Assembly (NCBI GenBank): GCA_045863395.1
Contig: BTVJ01000010.1
Coordinates: 98,871 to 162,870, forward strand
Direction of reading: 5' to 3'
From: Myxococcales bacterium
Lineage (GTDB): Bacteria; Myxococcota_A; UBA9042; JABWCM01; BTVJ01
DNA length: 64,000 nt
The notes beneath the pieces are model-generated. The model saw only the letters and a list, made by a program, of their open reading frames with translations, had not been told where the DNA came from and ran no database searches. This document shows, piece after piece, positions 9,071 through 18,755 of this stretch. The translations under genes and the position numbers were made by a program. The stretch's first letter is position 1. Every line of letters begins with the position of its first letter.

Positions 9071-9985
9071 GTGTCGACCAAGGGACCTTACAGAATCCAG
9101 ACCGTAGCGGAGCTCACCGGGGTGCCCGCCGCCACCCTCCGCGCCTGGGAGCGCCGCTACGGTGTCCCGGCCCCCATGCGCACCGCCTCCGCCTACCGCC
9201 TCTACAGCGAGCAGGACGTGGAGCTGGTCTCTCGCCTCCGCGACCTGTGCGCCAACGAGGGCATGGCGCCCGCGGAGGCGGCCCGCCTGCTGCGGGAGGC
9301 CGGCGTCGCCCCCGAGGCGGACGCGGTTGGCGCTGACCCCTACGTCGTTGCGCGCGACCGCCTGGTCGCCGCCGTTGACCGCTTCGACCCGGACGCCCTC
9401 GAGGCCGAGCTGCACCACGCCCTCTGCCTGGGGTCCGCCTCAGTGATCTTCGAGCGGGTCCTTGGCCCCGCTCTCCGCGAGATCGGCGACCGCTGGCACG
9501 CGGGCCTCATCGGCGTGGCCCAGGAGCACATGGCGACGGAGCAGATCGTCGGCGCGGCGCGCGATCTGCTGCGCCTCATGCAGCCCGACGCGGCGCGCAC
9601 GGTCCTCCTCGCCTGCTTCGCCGACGAAGAGCACGTCGTGCCCCTGCTCGGCGTGTCCTTCCGCTTCGCCCAGTGGGGCTTCCGCGTGATCCTGCTGGGG
9701 GCCCGGACTCCGCCGGACGCCGTGGAGCAGGCGCGGCGCACCCTGGACCCGACGCTCATCGGCCTCTCGGTCACCGTCCCCCCGACGCGCCCCCGCGCGC
9801 GGGAGCTGGTCAGCGCCTACGCGGCAGCCTGCGGTGAGACGCCGTGGGTGGTGGGTGGAGCGGCCGCCGAGGCCCTGCGCCCCCAGATCGAGGCCGCTGG
9901 GGGCGCCGTCAGCGACGACGACATGGGCCGGCTCCAGGTCAGGGTGGAGCGCATGCTGGCCGCGCGACGGGGGAACCGAGGGTAG
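9071..9985 (+). CDS. carH: MerR-family regulator with a cobalamin-binding domain (CarH/CarA/LitR type)
   Basis: YRIQTVAELTGVPAATLRAWERRYG HTH. IGDRWHAG...AQEH (W-x9-EH) and EEH...LGARTP B12-binding motifs. Divergent from crtI. Confidence 0.85.
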   Translation: MSTKGPYRIQTVAELTGVPAATLRAWERRYGVPAPMRTASAYRLYSEQDVELVSRLRDLCANEGMAPAEAARLLREAGVAPEADAVGADPYVVARDRLVAAVDRFDPDALEAELHHALCLGSASVIFERVLGPALREIGDRWHAGLIGVAQEHMATEQIVGAARDLLRLMQPDAARTVLLACFADEEHVVPLLGVSFRFAQWGFRVILLGARTPPDAVEQARRTLDPTLIGLSVTVPPTRPRARELVSAYAAACGETPWVVGGAAAEALRPQIEAAGGAVSDDDMGRLQVRVERMLAARRGNRG

Positions 9986-10029
9986 CCCCCGGCGACGCCG
10001 GAGAGACCGCAGGTTCGAGGTTCGGCACG

Positions 10030-12897
10030 TCAGCGCCGCCACGCCACCTCGCCAGCCCGCCACAGGCGGACGCGGCGCAGAAGGACGTCCGCGACCAGCA
10101 GGAACAGCGCGAGCCACAGCAGGTCGGCGTGGCGAGGCGTCGTGCGCCGGGAGACCTCACCGGTGGGGCGGAAGAGCTCCTCGGCGCCAGGATCCGACGA
10201 TGCCCCGGTCAGCGCCGCCACCCGTGCGAGCAGGGCCGCGTTGACCCGATCGGCCAGGGCGTGCTCGTCCGGGTAGGGGTAGCTCACGGCCGCCCGCGCG
10301 GGGATCGCAGCGTCCTGGGCAGCCTCGGCCCCACCCGGAGCTCCACCGTCGCCCGCCGTCCCCTCTACCTCGGCCGCTCCATCGGCCCCCGCGCCGCCCC
10401 CAGCGCCCTCAACGCCCGCCTCCCCCTGTCCCCCGCCTCCGCCCGTCCCGCGCTCCGGCCCAGCGCGCGCCCGCAGCTCCGCATCGATCCGGTACGCCCC
10501 GAGCTCCGACACGGCCATCGTGCCCTCGTACCGCCCGCTGGCCGTCTGCGACAGCCCGAGCGCCTTCACCTCCCCCCCGGGCAGCGTCACCCGCGCCCTC
10601 GCGTCGAGCCCGTTGACGAAGCGGTCGCCCTCGTCCACGGCGTCCACCTCCACCCGCAGCACGCCCCGCTCCACCGTCGCCGTCATGTCGTAGGTCTGCT
10701 CCTGCTCGGAGCGCATGGCGTCGCGCACGAGCTGGCGCCAGAACTGGGCGTACCCCTTCCACCGCACCCACGGGTAGCTCCACCGCGCCTTGACGTCACT
10801 GGTCCACACGAACACCCACCCCAGCCCGAGCCGCCACCGCGCCAGGAGTGGCTCTCCCCGGTGCGTCGTCAGGATCACCTCCGCGCGCGGCTTCGCCTTG
10901 GTGCTCACGTACCCGAGGAGCGGCGGCAGCGCGCCCAGGCCCCGCAGCACCTGGAGCCGAGAGAACCGAGGCTCCACGCGCGGCCGGAAGTGCTCCTCCA
11001 CGACCGACGTCCGGCTGACCTGGGTGGTCTCCTTCATGAAGATCTTGGGGATGTTGTTGGCGTCGTTGGTGCTGTAGTAGCGCCCGCCCGCCAGCGCCGC
11101 GATCTGCTCCAGCAGGTCGCGGTCGGCGCTCTCGCCGACGGCGACCGTCGTCACCGTGATGCCGCCCCGGTACATGCGCCCCACCAGAGACTCGATGCCC
11201 TCGCGGCTCGCCTGGCCGTCCGTCAGCAGGATGACGTGCTTCACCTGGGCATTGCTGTCGCGCAGCTCCTCGAAGGCAACATCGAGCGCCGGCAGGATCG
11301 CCGTCCCGCCGCCGGCCGTGATCTTCGACAGGTTGTTGATGATCCGCATGCGGTTCGACGCCGACTGGAGCCGCACCACCGGCATGGGCTCGTTGTCGAA
11401 GGCGACGACGCCGATCTGATCGTCCCGCTGGAGCACCTCCAGGGTCGCCTTGGCCGCCTCCTTGGCGAGCTCGATCTTCTGGCCGCTCATGGAGCCGGAG
11501 CGGTCAATCACCAGCATGAGCGCCAGCCCCGGGGTGTCCTTCTCTTTCTCCGCATCCAGCCTCACGGGCAACACGTTGCGCTCCAGGATCGTCCCGCCAT
11601 AGCCCCCCGGCCCGAAGGAGTCGGGCCCGCCCGCCATGACGAAGGCCCCGCCGCGCCTCACATACGCCTCCACCGCCTGCATCTGCGCGTAGCCGAAGTT
11701 CTCTCGCCCCATGGCACCCTTCACGGGCACATCGCTGACCACCACAAGGTCGTACCGCCCGAGCTCCGCCGCGTTGCCAGGAATCCCCGCCGGACCGCGC
11801 AGGTCCACGTCGAAGTCCTCACTGAGGGCGGCGACGAGATCGCGGCTCGTGCGCGCCTCGCCCTCCACGTAGAGCACCCGCGGCTTCTTGGGCACCTCCA
11901 CCACGGACTCCCAGCGGTTGTTGGACGCGAAGCGGTCTCCGGCCTCGGACGTACACTCCACGACCAAGCGCTTCGTGCCCCCCTCGTCCACGCGCACCTC
12001 GTCGAAGCGCACTGTCGCCTCCCCCACGACCAGGTCGACGTCCGCCGCAGCCTCGACCGCGTCCACCCGGAGCACGCACCGCCCCCGCCCAGCCACGCTG
12101 GACTCGACCCGCGCGGTCACCGCGAAGGGCACCCGCTCCTTGATCCCATCCGGTACAGTCAGCCCGCGGACCAGCATCTCCGGCCGTGGAGCGACCTCGG
12201 GAAACGCCCGCGTGAACACCTGCACTCCGAATCTCCGGGCAGTCTCTGACTCCGCCAGCAGGTTCCCTCGCGTCTCGTTGCCGTCGCTCAGCAGCACCAC
12301 CCGGTGGGTCACGCCGTCGGGCAGCATCCCGTAGGCCATGCGCAGCGCGGCCTGCAGATCCGTCCCGGCCGCATCCGGCGGCCGCACCAGGGCCGGCACC
12401 CGAGCCGCCTCAGGGTCCAGCGGCACCTCCCGGGGCGTCTCCGCAAACACGACCAGCCGCATTCCCGCGTCCCCCCGCGCGTCCCACGCCTCCTGGAGCA
12501 CGACCCGCGCCCGGTCGAGCGCCGCATCCTGCACGGAGTCGCTCGCGTCCACCAAGAACACGGTCGCCACCTTCTTCGGGTCCTCCTCCACGAGCCGCGG
12601 GTCCGCCAGCGCACCCACCAGCGCCACGATGAGCGCGCTGCGGACCAGCGCCCCGACGACCTGTTGAAGCAGAGGAAGATCGGTCAGCGTGTGGAGGCGC
12701 ACCGCCCAGACGAAGGGCAGCAGCAGCAGGAGCCACAGCAGCTCCGGGCTCCCGAGCTCCATGTCCCGCGCCGCCAGCTCTGCCACGACCTCGGGCTGCC
12801 AGCGCCAGAAGGCGACCCACAGCCCGACGGACGCCGCCACCACGAGGGCGTACCCCATGAGCGTCTTCCAGATGGGCCGGATGCGCCTCCTCGCCAC
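10030..12897 (-). CDS. Membrane protein with two vWA domains and a GATase-like domain
   Basis: MIDAS motifs FLVDASDS and VIDRSGSM, VILLTDG, GGPDSFGPGGY, N- and C-terminal TM segments. The GTG start at 12897 is inferred. Confidence 0.8.
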   Translation of the reverse strand: MARRRIRPIWKTLMGYALVVAASVGLWVAFWRWQPEVVAELAARDMELGSPELLWLLLLLPFVWAVRLHTLTDLPLLQQVVGALVRSALIVALVGALADPRLVEEDPKKVATVFLVDASDSVQDAALDRARVVLQEAWDARGDAGMRLVVFAETPREVPLDPEAARVPALVRPPDAAGTDLQAALRMAYGMLPDGVTHRVVLLSDGNETRGNLLAESETARRFGVQVFTRAFPEVAPRPEMLVRGLTVPDGIKERVPFAVTARVESSVAGRGRCVLRVDAVEAAADVDLVVGEATVRFDEVRVDEGGTKRLVVECTSEAGDRFASNNRWESVVEVPKKPRVLYVEGEARTSRDLVAALSEDFDVDLRGPAGIPGNAAELGRYDLVVVSDVPVKGAMGRENFGYAQMQAVEAYVRRGGAFVMAGGPDSFGPGGYGGTILERNVLPVRLDAEKEKDTPGLALMLVIDRSGSMSGQKIELAKEAAKATLEVLQRDDQIGVVAFDNEPMPVVRLQSASNRMRIINNLSKITAGGGTAILPALDVAFEELRDSNAQVKHVILLTDGQASREGIESLVGRMYRGGITVTTVAVGESADRDLLEQIAALAGGRYYSTNDANNIPKIFMKETTQVSRTSVVEEHFRPRVEPRFSRLQVLRGLGALPPLLGYVSTKAKPRAEVILTTHRGEPLLARWRLGLGWVFVWTSDVKARWSYPWVRWKGYAQFWRQLVRDAMRSEQEQTYDMTATVERGVLRVEVDAVDEGDRFVNGLDARARVTLPGGEVKALGLSQTASGRYEGTMAVSELGAYRIDAELRARAGPERGTGGGGGQGEAGVEGAGGGAGADGAAEVEGTAGDGGAPGGAEAAQDAAIPARAAVSYPYPDEHALADRVNAALLARVAALTGASSDPGAEELFRPTGEVSRRTTPRHADLLWLALFLLVADVLLRRVRLWRAGEVAWRR

Positions 12898-12905
12898 GCT
12901 CCCTC

Positions 12906-14873
12906 TCAGACCGTCATGCGACGGTGGTAGGTGAACCACTCCAGGGTCATGACCAGCAGCGCCAGCAACAACAGCGCCTTCCAGGGCTCTCGCGCCACCA
13001 GCTCCGCGGCGTCGTCCATCCAGGTGCGCGCCACCTCGGGCTTCGGCGGAGGCGGCGGCTTCGGCTTCCACGCCGGCAGCGCCAGGTCGGGCACGAGCAG
13101 AGACGACTCCCGCTCGTCGGCCAGGTTGGCCGCCAGGGCGAGCACGCCACCCCCGTCTCCAACCTCCCGGACCTCCCAGATGCCCGCCTCGGCGCCCCCG
13201 AAGAGCGCCTTCCCCTCGACCACCGGCGCCTCGAAGGGCGCCCCGAGGGGCGGCCGCACCGCCACGCGGTCGACCTTCCAGGGCACCGCCACGGCCCAGT
13301 CCGTCCCGGTCCGCCGACCGAGCAGCAGCGAGGCGTCGTCCGCGGCGAACCACTGGAGCGTGTTGACGATCATGACCGGAAAAGCATAGCGCAGCGGCAG
13401 GTCCGAGGCGCGCACGTCGAAGGCCCAGGCGACCAGGCGCTGCTCCCCCGCGGTCCGAGCGACGATCACCGGGTTGCCCGCCTGCGAGGACGCGACGACC
13501 TCGTCTCCCGGCTCCACGCCCAGCACCCGGAGCACGCCGATGTTCAGATCCACCAGCGAGACCTTCCACATGAGCGGGTGCCCCTTCTTGGAGCGCGACA
13601 CGTCGGGCAGCAGCTCCTCGCCCGTCACCGGAAACGGCGAGCCCTCCCGAGGGGGATCGACCAGCAGGAAGTTGCCAGCCCCCAGCTCCGATGGCACGAA
13701 CCGGTCCAAGATGGTGACGTCATACCCGCTCGCCCCCAAATAATCTACCGGCGCCACCTTGTCGAAGCTCAGGTTCTCGCGCAGGAAGAGCGCCGCCTCG
13801 AGATACAGGTTGTCGTCCGTCACGAGCTGCACCCGCAGGCGCTTGCGCTCGGGTACGACGCCAAAGGCGAAGTCGTCGCGCGGCAGCACGTCGCGGACGG
13901 CCGCCCCTCCATCCGAGACAATGCGCGCCCCGAAGCGGCTCCCCGGAAACTCCACGTCCGGGATGAACCCGTCCGACGTGGTGCCGGGCGCGAGCACCAC
14001 CGGGTAGCTCCCGACGACGTTCGCATCCCGGAACAGGCTGTCCGCGTCCCGGTCCTCCCCGCTCGCATACAGCAAGAGGCTCGCCGGCACCGGGCGGTCG
14101 ACGAAGCTGCGCGCCCTCCAGTAGATCTCGTAGCTCAGGCGGTCGTCGAGGCTCGGCCGCACGTGAAACGCCAGCAGGGCGAGGTTCTCCCCCCCCACTC
14201 CGACCCGCACCACCTGCAGCGGAATCCCCTCCAGCTCTTCATCCGTGGGCGCCTCGAAGCCCCCGTCGGTGACCAGCACGACCCGCGCCCCGTCTCTCCC
14301 CTCCACGAGGCTCCGCAGAAACGGCAGCGCCGCCCGCAGGTCCGTGCCCGTGTCCGTGGCCCGCAGCCGCCCCAGCGCACCGAGCAGCACGTCCTTGTCC
14401 GCCGTGAGGGGAGACACCGCCCGAGCGGTCGAGTCCAGCCGCACGACCATCCCCAGGTCCTGCGCCTCCAGCTCCCCAATCACCCTCTGACCCGCGTCCA
14501 CGGCGGCCAGGAGCCGTCCGCCGCTCACGTCCGTCGCCCTCATGCTGGCCGACGCGTCCACCACCAGGATGGTCGTCGTCGGCGGAGGCGGCTCCTCCAC
14601 TGCCGCCCCACCACACCCGCCATCCAAGCGCGGCTCCGCCAGCGCGAGCACGATGGCGGCGAGCACGAGCAACTGCACGAGCAGGCTCAACAGGCGCTTG
14701 AGCCAGCTCAACAGCGCAGACGCCTTGCGCTCAGGGAGCACCCGCTGCCAGAGCGGCCCGAAGGGCACCCGCACCCGGCGCCGCCGCATCTTGATGAGAT
14801 AGAGCACGACGATGGCGCCGCCGAAGGCCCCGAGCAGGGTCCAGAGCTGCTCCATGGCCATGACGGTCGTCAT
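12906..14873 (-). CDS. BatA-type N-terminal double-TM plus vWA domain protein
   Basis: VVLYLIKMRRRRVRVP...LW, VVDASASM, VLVTDG and C-terminal LEWFTYHRR. Confidence 0.85.
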   Translation of the reverse strand: MTTVMAMEQLWTLLGAFGGAIVVLYLIKMRRRRVRVPFGPLWQRVLPERKASALLSWLKRLLSLLVQLLVLAAIVLALAEPRLDGGCGGAAVEEPPPPTTTILVVDASASMRATDVSGGRLLAAVDAGQRVIGELEAQDLGMVVRLDSTARAVSPLTADKDVLLGALGRLRATDTGTDLRAALPFLRSLVEGRDGARVVLVTDGGFEAPTDEELEGIPLQVVRVGVGGENLALLAFHVRPSLDDRLSYEIYWRARSFVDRPVPASLLLYASGEDRDADSLFRDANVVGSYPVVLAPGTTSDGFIPDVEFPGSRFGARIVSDGGAAVRDVLPRDDFAFGVVPERKRLRVQLVTDDNLYLEAALFLRENLSFDKVAPVDYLGASGYDVTILDRFVPSELGAGNFLLVDPPREGSPFPVTGEELLPDVSRSKKGHPLMWKVSLVDLNIGVLRVLGVEPGDEVVASSQAGNPVIVARTAGEQRLVAWAFDVRASDLPLRYAFPVMIVNTLQWFAADDASLLLGRRTGTDWAVAVPWKVDRVAVRPPLGAPFEAPVVEGKALFGGAEAGIWEVREVGDGGGVLALAANLADERESSLLVPDLALPAWKPKPPPPPKPEVARTWMDDAAELVAREPWKALLLLALLVMTLEWFTYHRRMTV

Positions 14874-15781
14874 TGCAGGAAGCCCCCGGCCCGAAACACT
14901 CTCAAGATCAGATCATCGAACGGAGTCTGGATGGACGCCCGGAAGTACGGCAGCAGGTGCGCCTTGCACCAAGCCTCCGCCTCGTGGCTCAGCTCCGTGT
15001 GGGCCTTGCGGTACGCCTCCAGCAGCCCGCGGGTGATGGTCACGTCCCGCTCGCGCCCGGTCTCGCAGTCGATGAGGCGAAGGTCCCCCAGGATCTCGGG
15101 CCGCAGCTCGTTCTCGTCCCACACGTGGACGACGAACGGCTGAAACCGGTGGTATCGGAGATAGTTCAGCCCCGCCTCCCAGCCGCGCTCGTCGTACAGG
15201 TCGCTCACGACGACCACGAGTCCCCGACGCCGGTTCTGGTGCACGAAGCTCTTGGCCGCCTCCTCCAGTCGCGTCGGCCCACCCACCGGGGTCCCCTGCA
15301 GAAAGTCGATGATCTTGAAGATCTGGCCCTTTCCCCGCGCTGGCGGCAGCCTGCCCACCACCCCGCTCGCAAACGGCACCACCGCCACCCGGTCCATGTT
15401 GGCGAGCCCTATATAGCCCAACGCCGCGGCGACGCGCATTGCGTAGGCCCACTTGGGCCCATCCCCCAGGTCCAGATCCATGGAGTCGCTGACGTCGATC
15501 ATCAGATAGATGCTGAGGTCCTCTTCCTCTTCATACAGGCGGACCAGCATCTTCTCCGTGCGCCCGAACACGCTCCAGTCGAGATACCGGAAGTCGTCTC
15601 CCGGCGCGTAGTCCCGGTGGTCGGCAAACTCGATGCCGCTGCCCAGCTTCTTGCTGCGCCGGTCCGCGCGGCTCTGCCCGGCGAACAGCTTGCGCGAGAC
15701 GATGTGCAGATACTCGAGGCGATTCAGGAACTCTTCGTCGAACAGCTCCCGCGCCGCCTTCCGGGCCCGCGCCTCCGCCAT
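14870..15781 (-). CDS. DUF58 family protein
   Basis: GSGIEFADHRDYAPGDDFRYLDW signature, located downstream of moxR. Confidence 0.9.
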   Translation of the reverse strand: MAEARARKAARELFDEEFLNRLEYLHIVSRKLFAGQSRADRRSKKLGSGIEFADHRDYAPGDDFRYLDWSVFGRTEKMLVRLYEEEEDLSIYLMIDVSDSMDLDLGDGPKWAYAMRVAAALGYIGLANMDRVAVVPFASGVVGRLPPARGKGQIFKIIDFLQGTPVGGPTRLEEAAKSFVHQNRRRGLVVVVSDLYDERGWEAGLNYLRYHRFQPFVVHVWDENELRPEILGDLRLIDCETGRERDVTITRGLLEAYRKAHTELSHEAEAWCKAHLLPYFRASIQTPFDDLILRVFRAGGFLQ

Positions 15782-16782
15782 TACATCCTCCGGGCCTTGT
15801 GCGCCGCCTTCACGACCTCGTCGAGGATGTCGTCGCTCTTCACCCCCTCCGCCTCGCCCTCGAAGTTCAGGATGAGCCGGTGCCGCAGCGCGGGCTTGAC
15901 CACGCGCTCCACGTCGCTGTCCGCCACGTTGTAGCGCCCGTCCATGACCGCGAGGATCTTGGACGCGAGCACGATTGCCTGGGCCCCGCGGGGGCTCGCC
16001 CCGTAGCGCACGTACTTCTTCGTGATGGCCGGCGCCTCGTCGTGCTGCGGGTGCGTCCCCTGCACGATGCGCACGGCCAGGTCCACCACGTGGGTGGGGG
16101 CCTCCGCCTCCAGGGCCAGGGCCCGCATCTCCAGGATCTTCTCCCGGTTGGCGACCTTCCGCACGCTCGGCTCCGCCAGGTGGGTCGTCCGGTCGAGGAT
16201 GCTCCGCAGCTCGTCCCGGTTTGGATACTCCACCCGCAGCTTGAACAGGAAGCGGTCGAGCTGCGCCTCGGGGAGCGGGTAGGTCCCCTCCATCTCCAGC
16301 GGGTTCTGGGTCGCGAGCACGAAGAAGGGCTTGTCCAACGTGTAGGTGCGCTTCGAGACGGTGACCGTCTTCTCCTGCATGGCCTCCAGCAACGCCGACT
16401 GGGTCTTGGGCGTCGCCCGGTTGATCTCGTCGGCGAGCACCATGTTCGCAAACACGGGCCCAGGCTGGAACTCAAAGTGCTTCCCCTGCCCCGATCCCTC
16501 CACGATCATGTTCGTCCCCAGGATGTCCGCCGGCATGAGGTCCGGCGTGAACTGGATGCGCGAGAAGGACAGGTCGAGCACGTCCGCCAGGGTGCGGACG
16601 AGCCGGGTCTTTCCCAGGCCCGGGACGCCCTCCAGCAGGGCGTGGCCGCCCGCCAGCAGGCACGTGAACACGCCGTCCACGATAGCGCTCTGGCCGACCA
16701 TCACCTTGCCGATCTCCTCACGGATGGCCGCATAGTCCCGCTTGAACTGCTGCACCTTCTGCTCGACGCTCATCACGTTCAT
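15781..16782 (-). CDS. moxR: MoxR-family AAA+ ATPase
   Basis: EGVPGLGKT, RIQFTPDLMPAD, LADEINR and ATQNPLEMEGTYPLPEAQLDRF. Confidence 0.95.
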   Translation of the reverse strand: MNVMSVEQKVQQFKRDYAAIREEIGKVMVGQSAIVDGVFTCLLAGGHALLEGVPGLGKTRLVRTLADVLDLSFSRIQFTPDLMPADILGTNMIVEGSGQGKHFEFQPGPVFANMVLADEINRATPKTQSALLEAMQEKTVTVSKRTYTLDKPFFVLATQNPLEMEGTYPLPEAQLDRFLFKLRVEYPNRDELRSILDRTTHLAEPSVRKVANREKILEMRALALEAEAPTHVVDLAVRIVQGTHPQHDEAPAITKKYVRYGASPRGAQAIVLASKILAVMDGRYNVADSDVERVVKPALRHRLILNFEGEAEGVKSDDILDEVVKAAHKARRM

Positions 16783-16801
16783 CCTGCTCCAGCCGCCCCG
16801 C

Positions 16802-18679
16802 TCACCGGGGGCGGATCAAGTCGAAGTATCGCTGCACGTAGCGGCGGGTCCCCTTCGGGATCTGCTCCTTCTCCATGTCCTCCTCCACCACGCCCGAATA
16901 GTCGTGGTGGACCTTGCGCCACGCGGTCCCCGTGAACCCCTGCGACGCCGCCCCCTGGATGGTCTCGCTCCTCCCGGTCCCCTCCTGCTTCTGGCCCGCG
17001 ACGAAGGTGTCCTGGCGCTTGGCGTCGAGCTTCGTGTCCTTGCCCAGCAGGTTCGGGTCGTGCTCGTCACCCGGCGCGTCGGACCCAGACGCAATGTCCA
17101 TCTTCTGACCCTTGCCGCCCTGCCCCTCCATGACCACCATCTCCCCCTTCTTGCCCGTGCCCTCCCCGAGCGTCATGCCCTCCTTGCCCTGGCCCTTCTG
17201 GCCCGGCTTCTCGCCGCCCGCCCGCGTGTAGAAGTCCTCGAGCTTGCCGCGCTGGCCCTTCTTCTTGTCTCCGGGCCGCGGCTCCCCCTCCGGGCCCTCC
17301 TTCCCCTCTCCCTGCCCGGACTGGCGCGCCCGCCGCAGCAGCTCCCGCATCTCCTCCATGCTCACGCGCGCGACCTTGACCGCCTTCTTCTGCGCCCCCT
17401 GCCGCGACAGGCGCCGCATCTCCTCCGCGGCGCGTGACAGGGCGTCCTGGTCCTGGTTCTCCCCCTGCCCGCCCTTCTGCCGCCGGAGCTCGTCCGCGGC
17501 CGACTGCATGTCCCGTGTCAGCCGCTCCAGCGACTTCTGGCTCGGCGACTGCTGCTGCTGCTGCCGCGCGAGCTGCTCCAGCTCCTTCTTCTTCTTCTGG
17601 AGCCTGTCCTCCTCCCGCTTGGACATGCGCTCCCCCGCGTCCTTCTTCTTCTGGAGGCGGTCCACCTCCTTCTTCACGGCGTCCATGTCCTGCTTCGGGT
17701 CCTTCAGGGCGTCGGCCAGCTTCTGGAGCTCCTTGGCGAGCTGGTCGCGCGCCTTCTTGTCCTTGCGGTCCTGGTCTGCCAGCTTCTTGAGCTCCTCCGA
17801 CGCCTTGGCCAGGTCCCCTCGCTCCAGCGCCCCTTTGAGGTCCTTCGTCGCCTTGGCCTGGAGCTCCTTGGCGGCGTCGCGGAGCCGCTGCTCCACCTCC
17901 GCGTGGCGGGCCAGCTCCGACTGCTCGAGGGCCTGCGCCTTGTCCTCCAGCCTTGCGAGGCGCTCGAAGACCTCGCGCCCCGTCGCCCGCCCCTCCCTCA
18001 CGTCCTCGACGAGCTCCTCCAGCTCCTTCAGAAGCGCAGCGGCCTGCTCCCCCTGGAGGTCCTTCAGGGTCTCGGCGAGGCGCTCCATGGTCTCGTCGAG
18101 GGCCTCCCGCTCTGGCGTGGCGAGCCGCGGCTCCTCGATCTTCGGGGGCCGCAGCGGCGTCGACCTGCGCACCGCGTGGGCCTCGCCGCCCGGCAGGGGC
18201 AGCTCGATCCACAAGGTCGCCCCAGCGCCGACGACCACGGCCGCGAGCGACAGCAGGTGCCGCGGAGCCCGTAGCGGCGCCGCTCGCTTGGGCACCGCCT
18301 GCCCGACATGCGCCACGGCGTCCGCCATGGCGGCAACCATGAAGGGCGTGGGTGACGCCTCCCGCGCGAAGGACGTCGCAGCGGCGAGGCGGTCGCGCAG
18401 CTCGGAGGCGTCGTCCAGCCGCTTGGCGGCCGCCACGTCCGAGATGCGCGTCAAGAGCCCCGCCAGGAGCCCCAGCGCAGCGATGCCGGCGACCACGAGG
18501 GGGAGCGTGTCGAGGACCGGGGGTGGGAGCCACCCGAGGCGCAGCGCGTGCAGCCCGACCACCCACACCCCGGCCGCGACGATGAGCGCGACGACCGAGC
18601 GGTCCGCCATGCGCTGGAGCACGACGCGCCGGCGGACGCGGCGGATCGCGCGGCGGATTGTGCTCAGGTCAGGCGTCAT
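16802..18679 (-). CDS. Membrane-anchored coiled-coil protein of the MoxR operon
   Basis: N-terminal TM segments, LDDASELRDRLAAA motif, long K/E/Q coiled coil and C-terminal EQIP...YVQRYF. Confidence 0.75.
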   Translation of the reverse strand: MTPDLSTIRRAIRRVRRRVVLQRMADRSVVALIVAAGVWVVGLHALRLGWLPPPVLDTLPLVVAGIAALGLLAGLLTRISDVAAAKRLDDASELRDRLAAATSFAREASPTPFMVAAMADAVAHVGQAVPKRAAPLRAPRHLLSLAAVVVGAGATLWIELPLPGGEAHAVRRSTPLRPPKIEEPRLATPEREALDETMERLAETLKDLQGEQAAALLKELEELVEDVREGRATGREVFERLARLEDKAQALEQSELARHAEVEQRLRDAAKELQAKATKDLKGALERGDLAKASEELKKLADQDRKDKKARDQLAKELQKLADALKDPKQDMDAVKKEVDRLQKKKDAGERMSKREEDRLQKKKKELEQLARQQQQQSPSQKSLERLTRDMQSAADELRRQKGGQGENQDQDALSRAAEEMRRLSRQGAQKKAVKVARVSMEEMRELLRRARQSGQGEGKEGPEGEPRPGDKKKGQRGKLEDFYTRAGGEKPGQKGQGKEGMTLGEGTGKKGEMVVMEGQGGKGQKMDIASGSDAPGDEHDPNLLGKDTKLDAKRQDTFVAGQKQEGTGRSETIQGAASQGFTGTAWRKVHHDYSGVVEEDMEKEQIPKGTRRYVQRYFDLIRPR

Positions 18680-18755
18680 GCGGGCTCCTGGGGTCGCGCC
18701 GGAAGCGGGCGCACCTGCCCTGGGACGTTTGAGGGGCCCGGAAGTTTCCCGACCC

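Noticed and set aside
10030..13569. ORF-track N-terminal extensions (vWA, SLT, Cys-rich lipoprotein, scoB, SLC13, hemW, DAGK-like)
   Set aside because: They overlap upstream genes. Internal starts with an RBS or signal peptide fit better.
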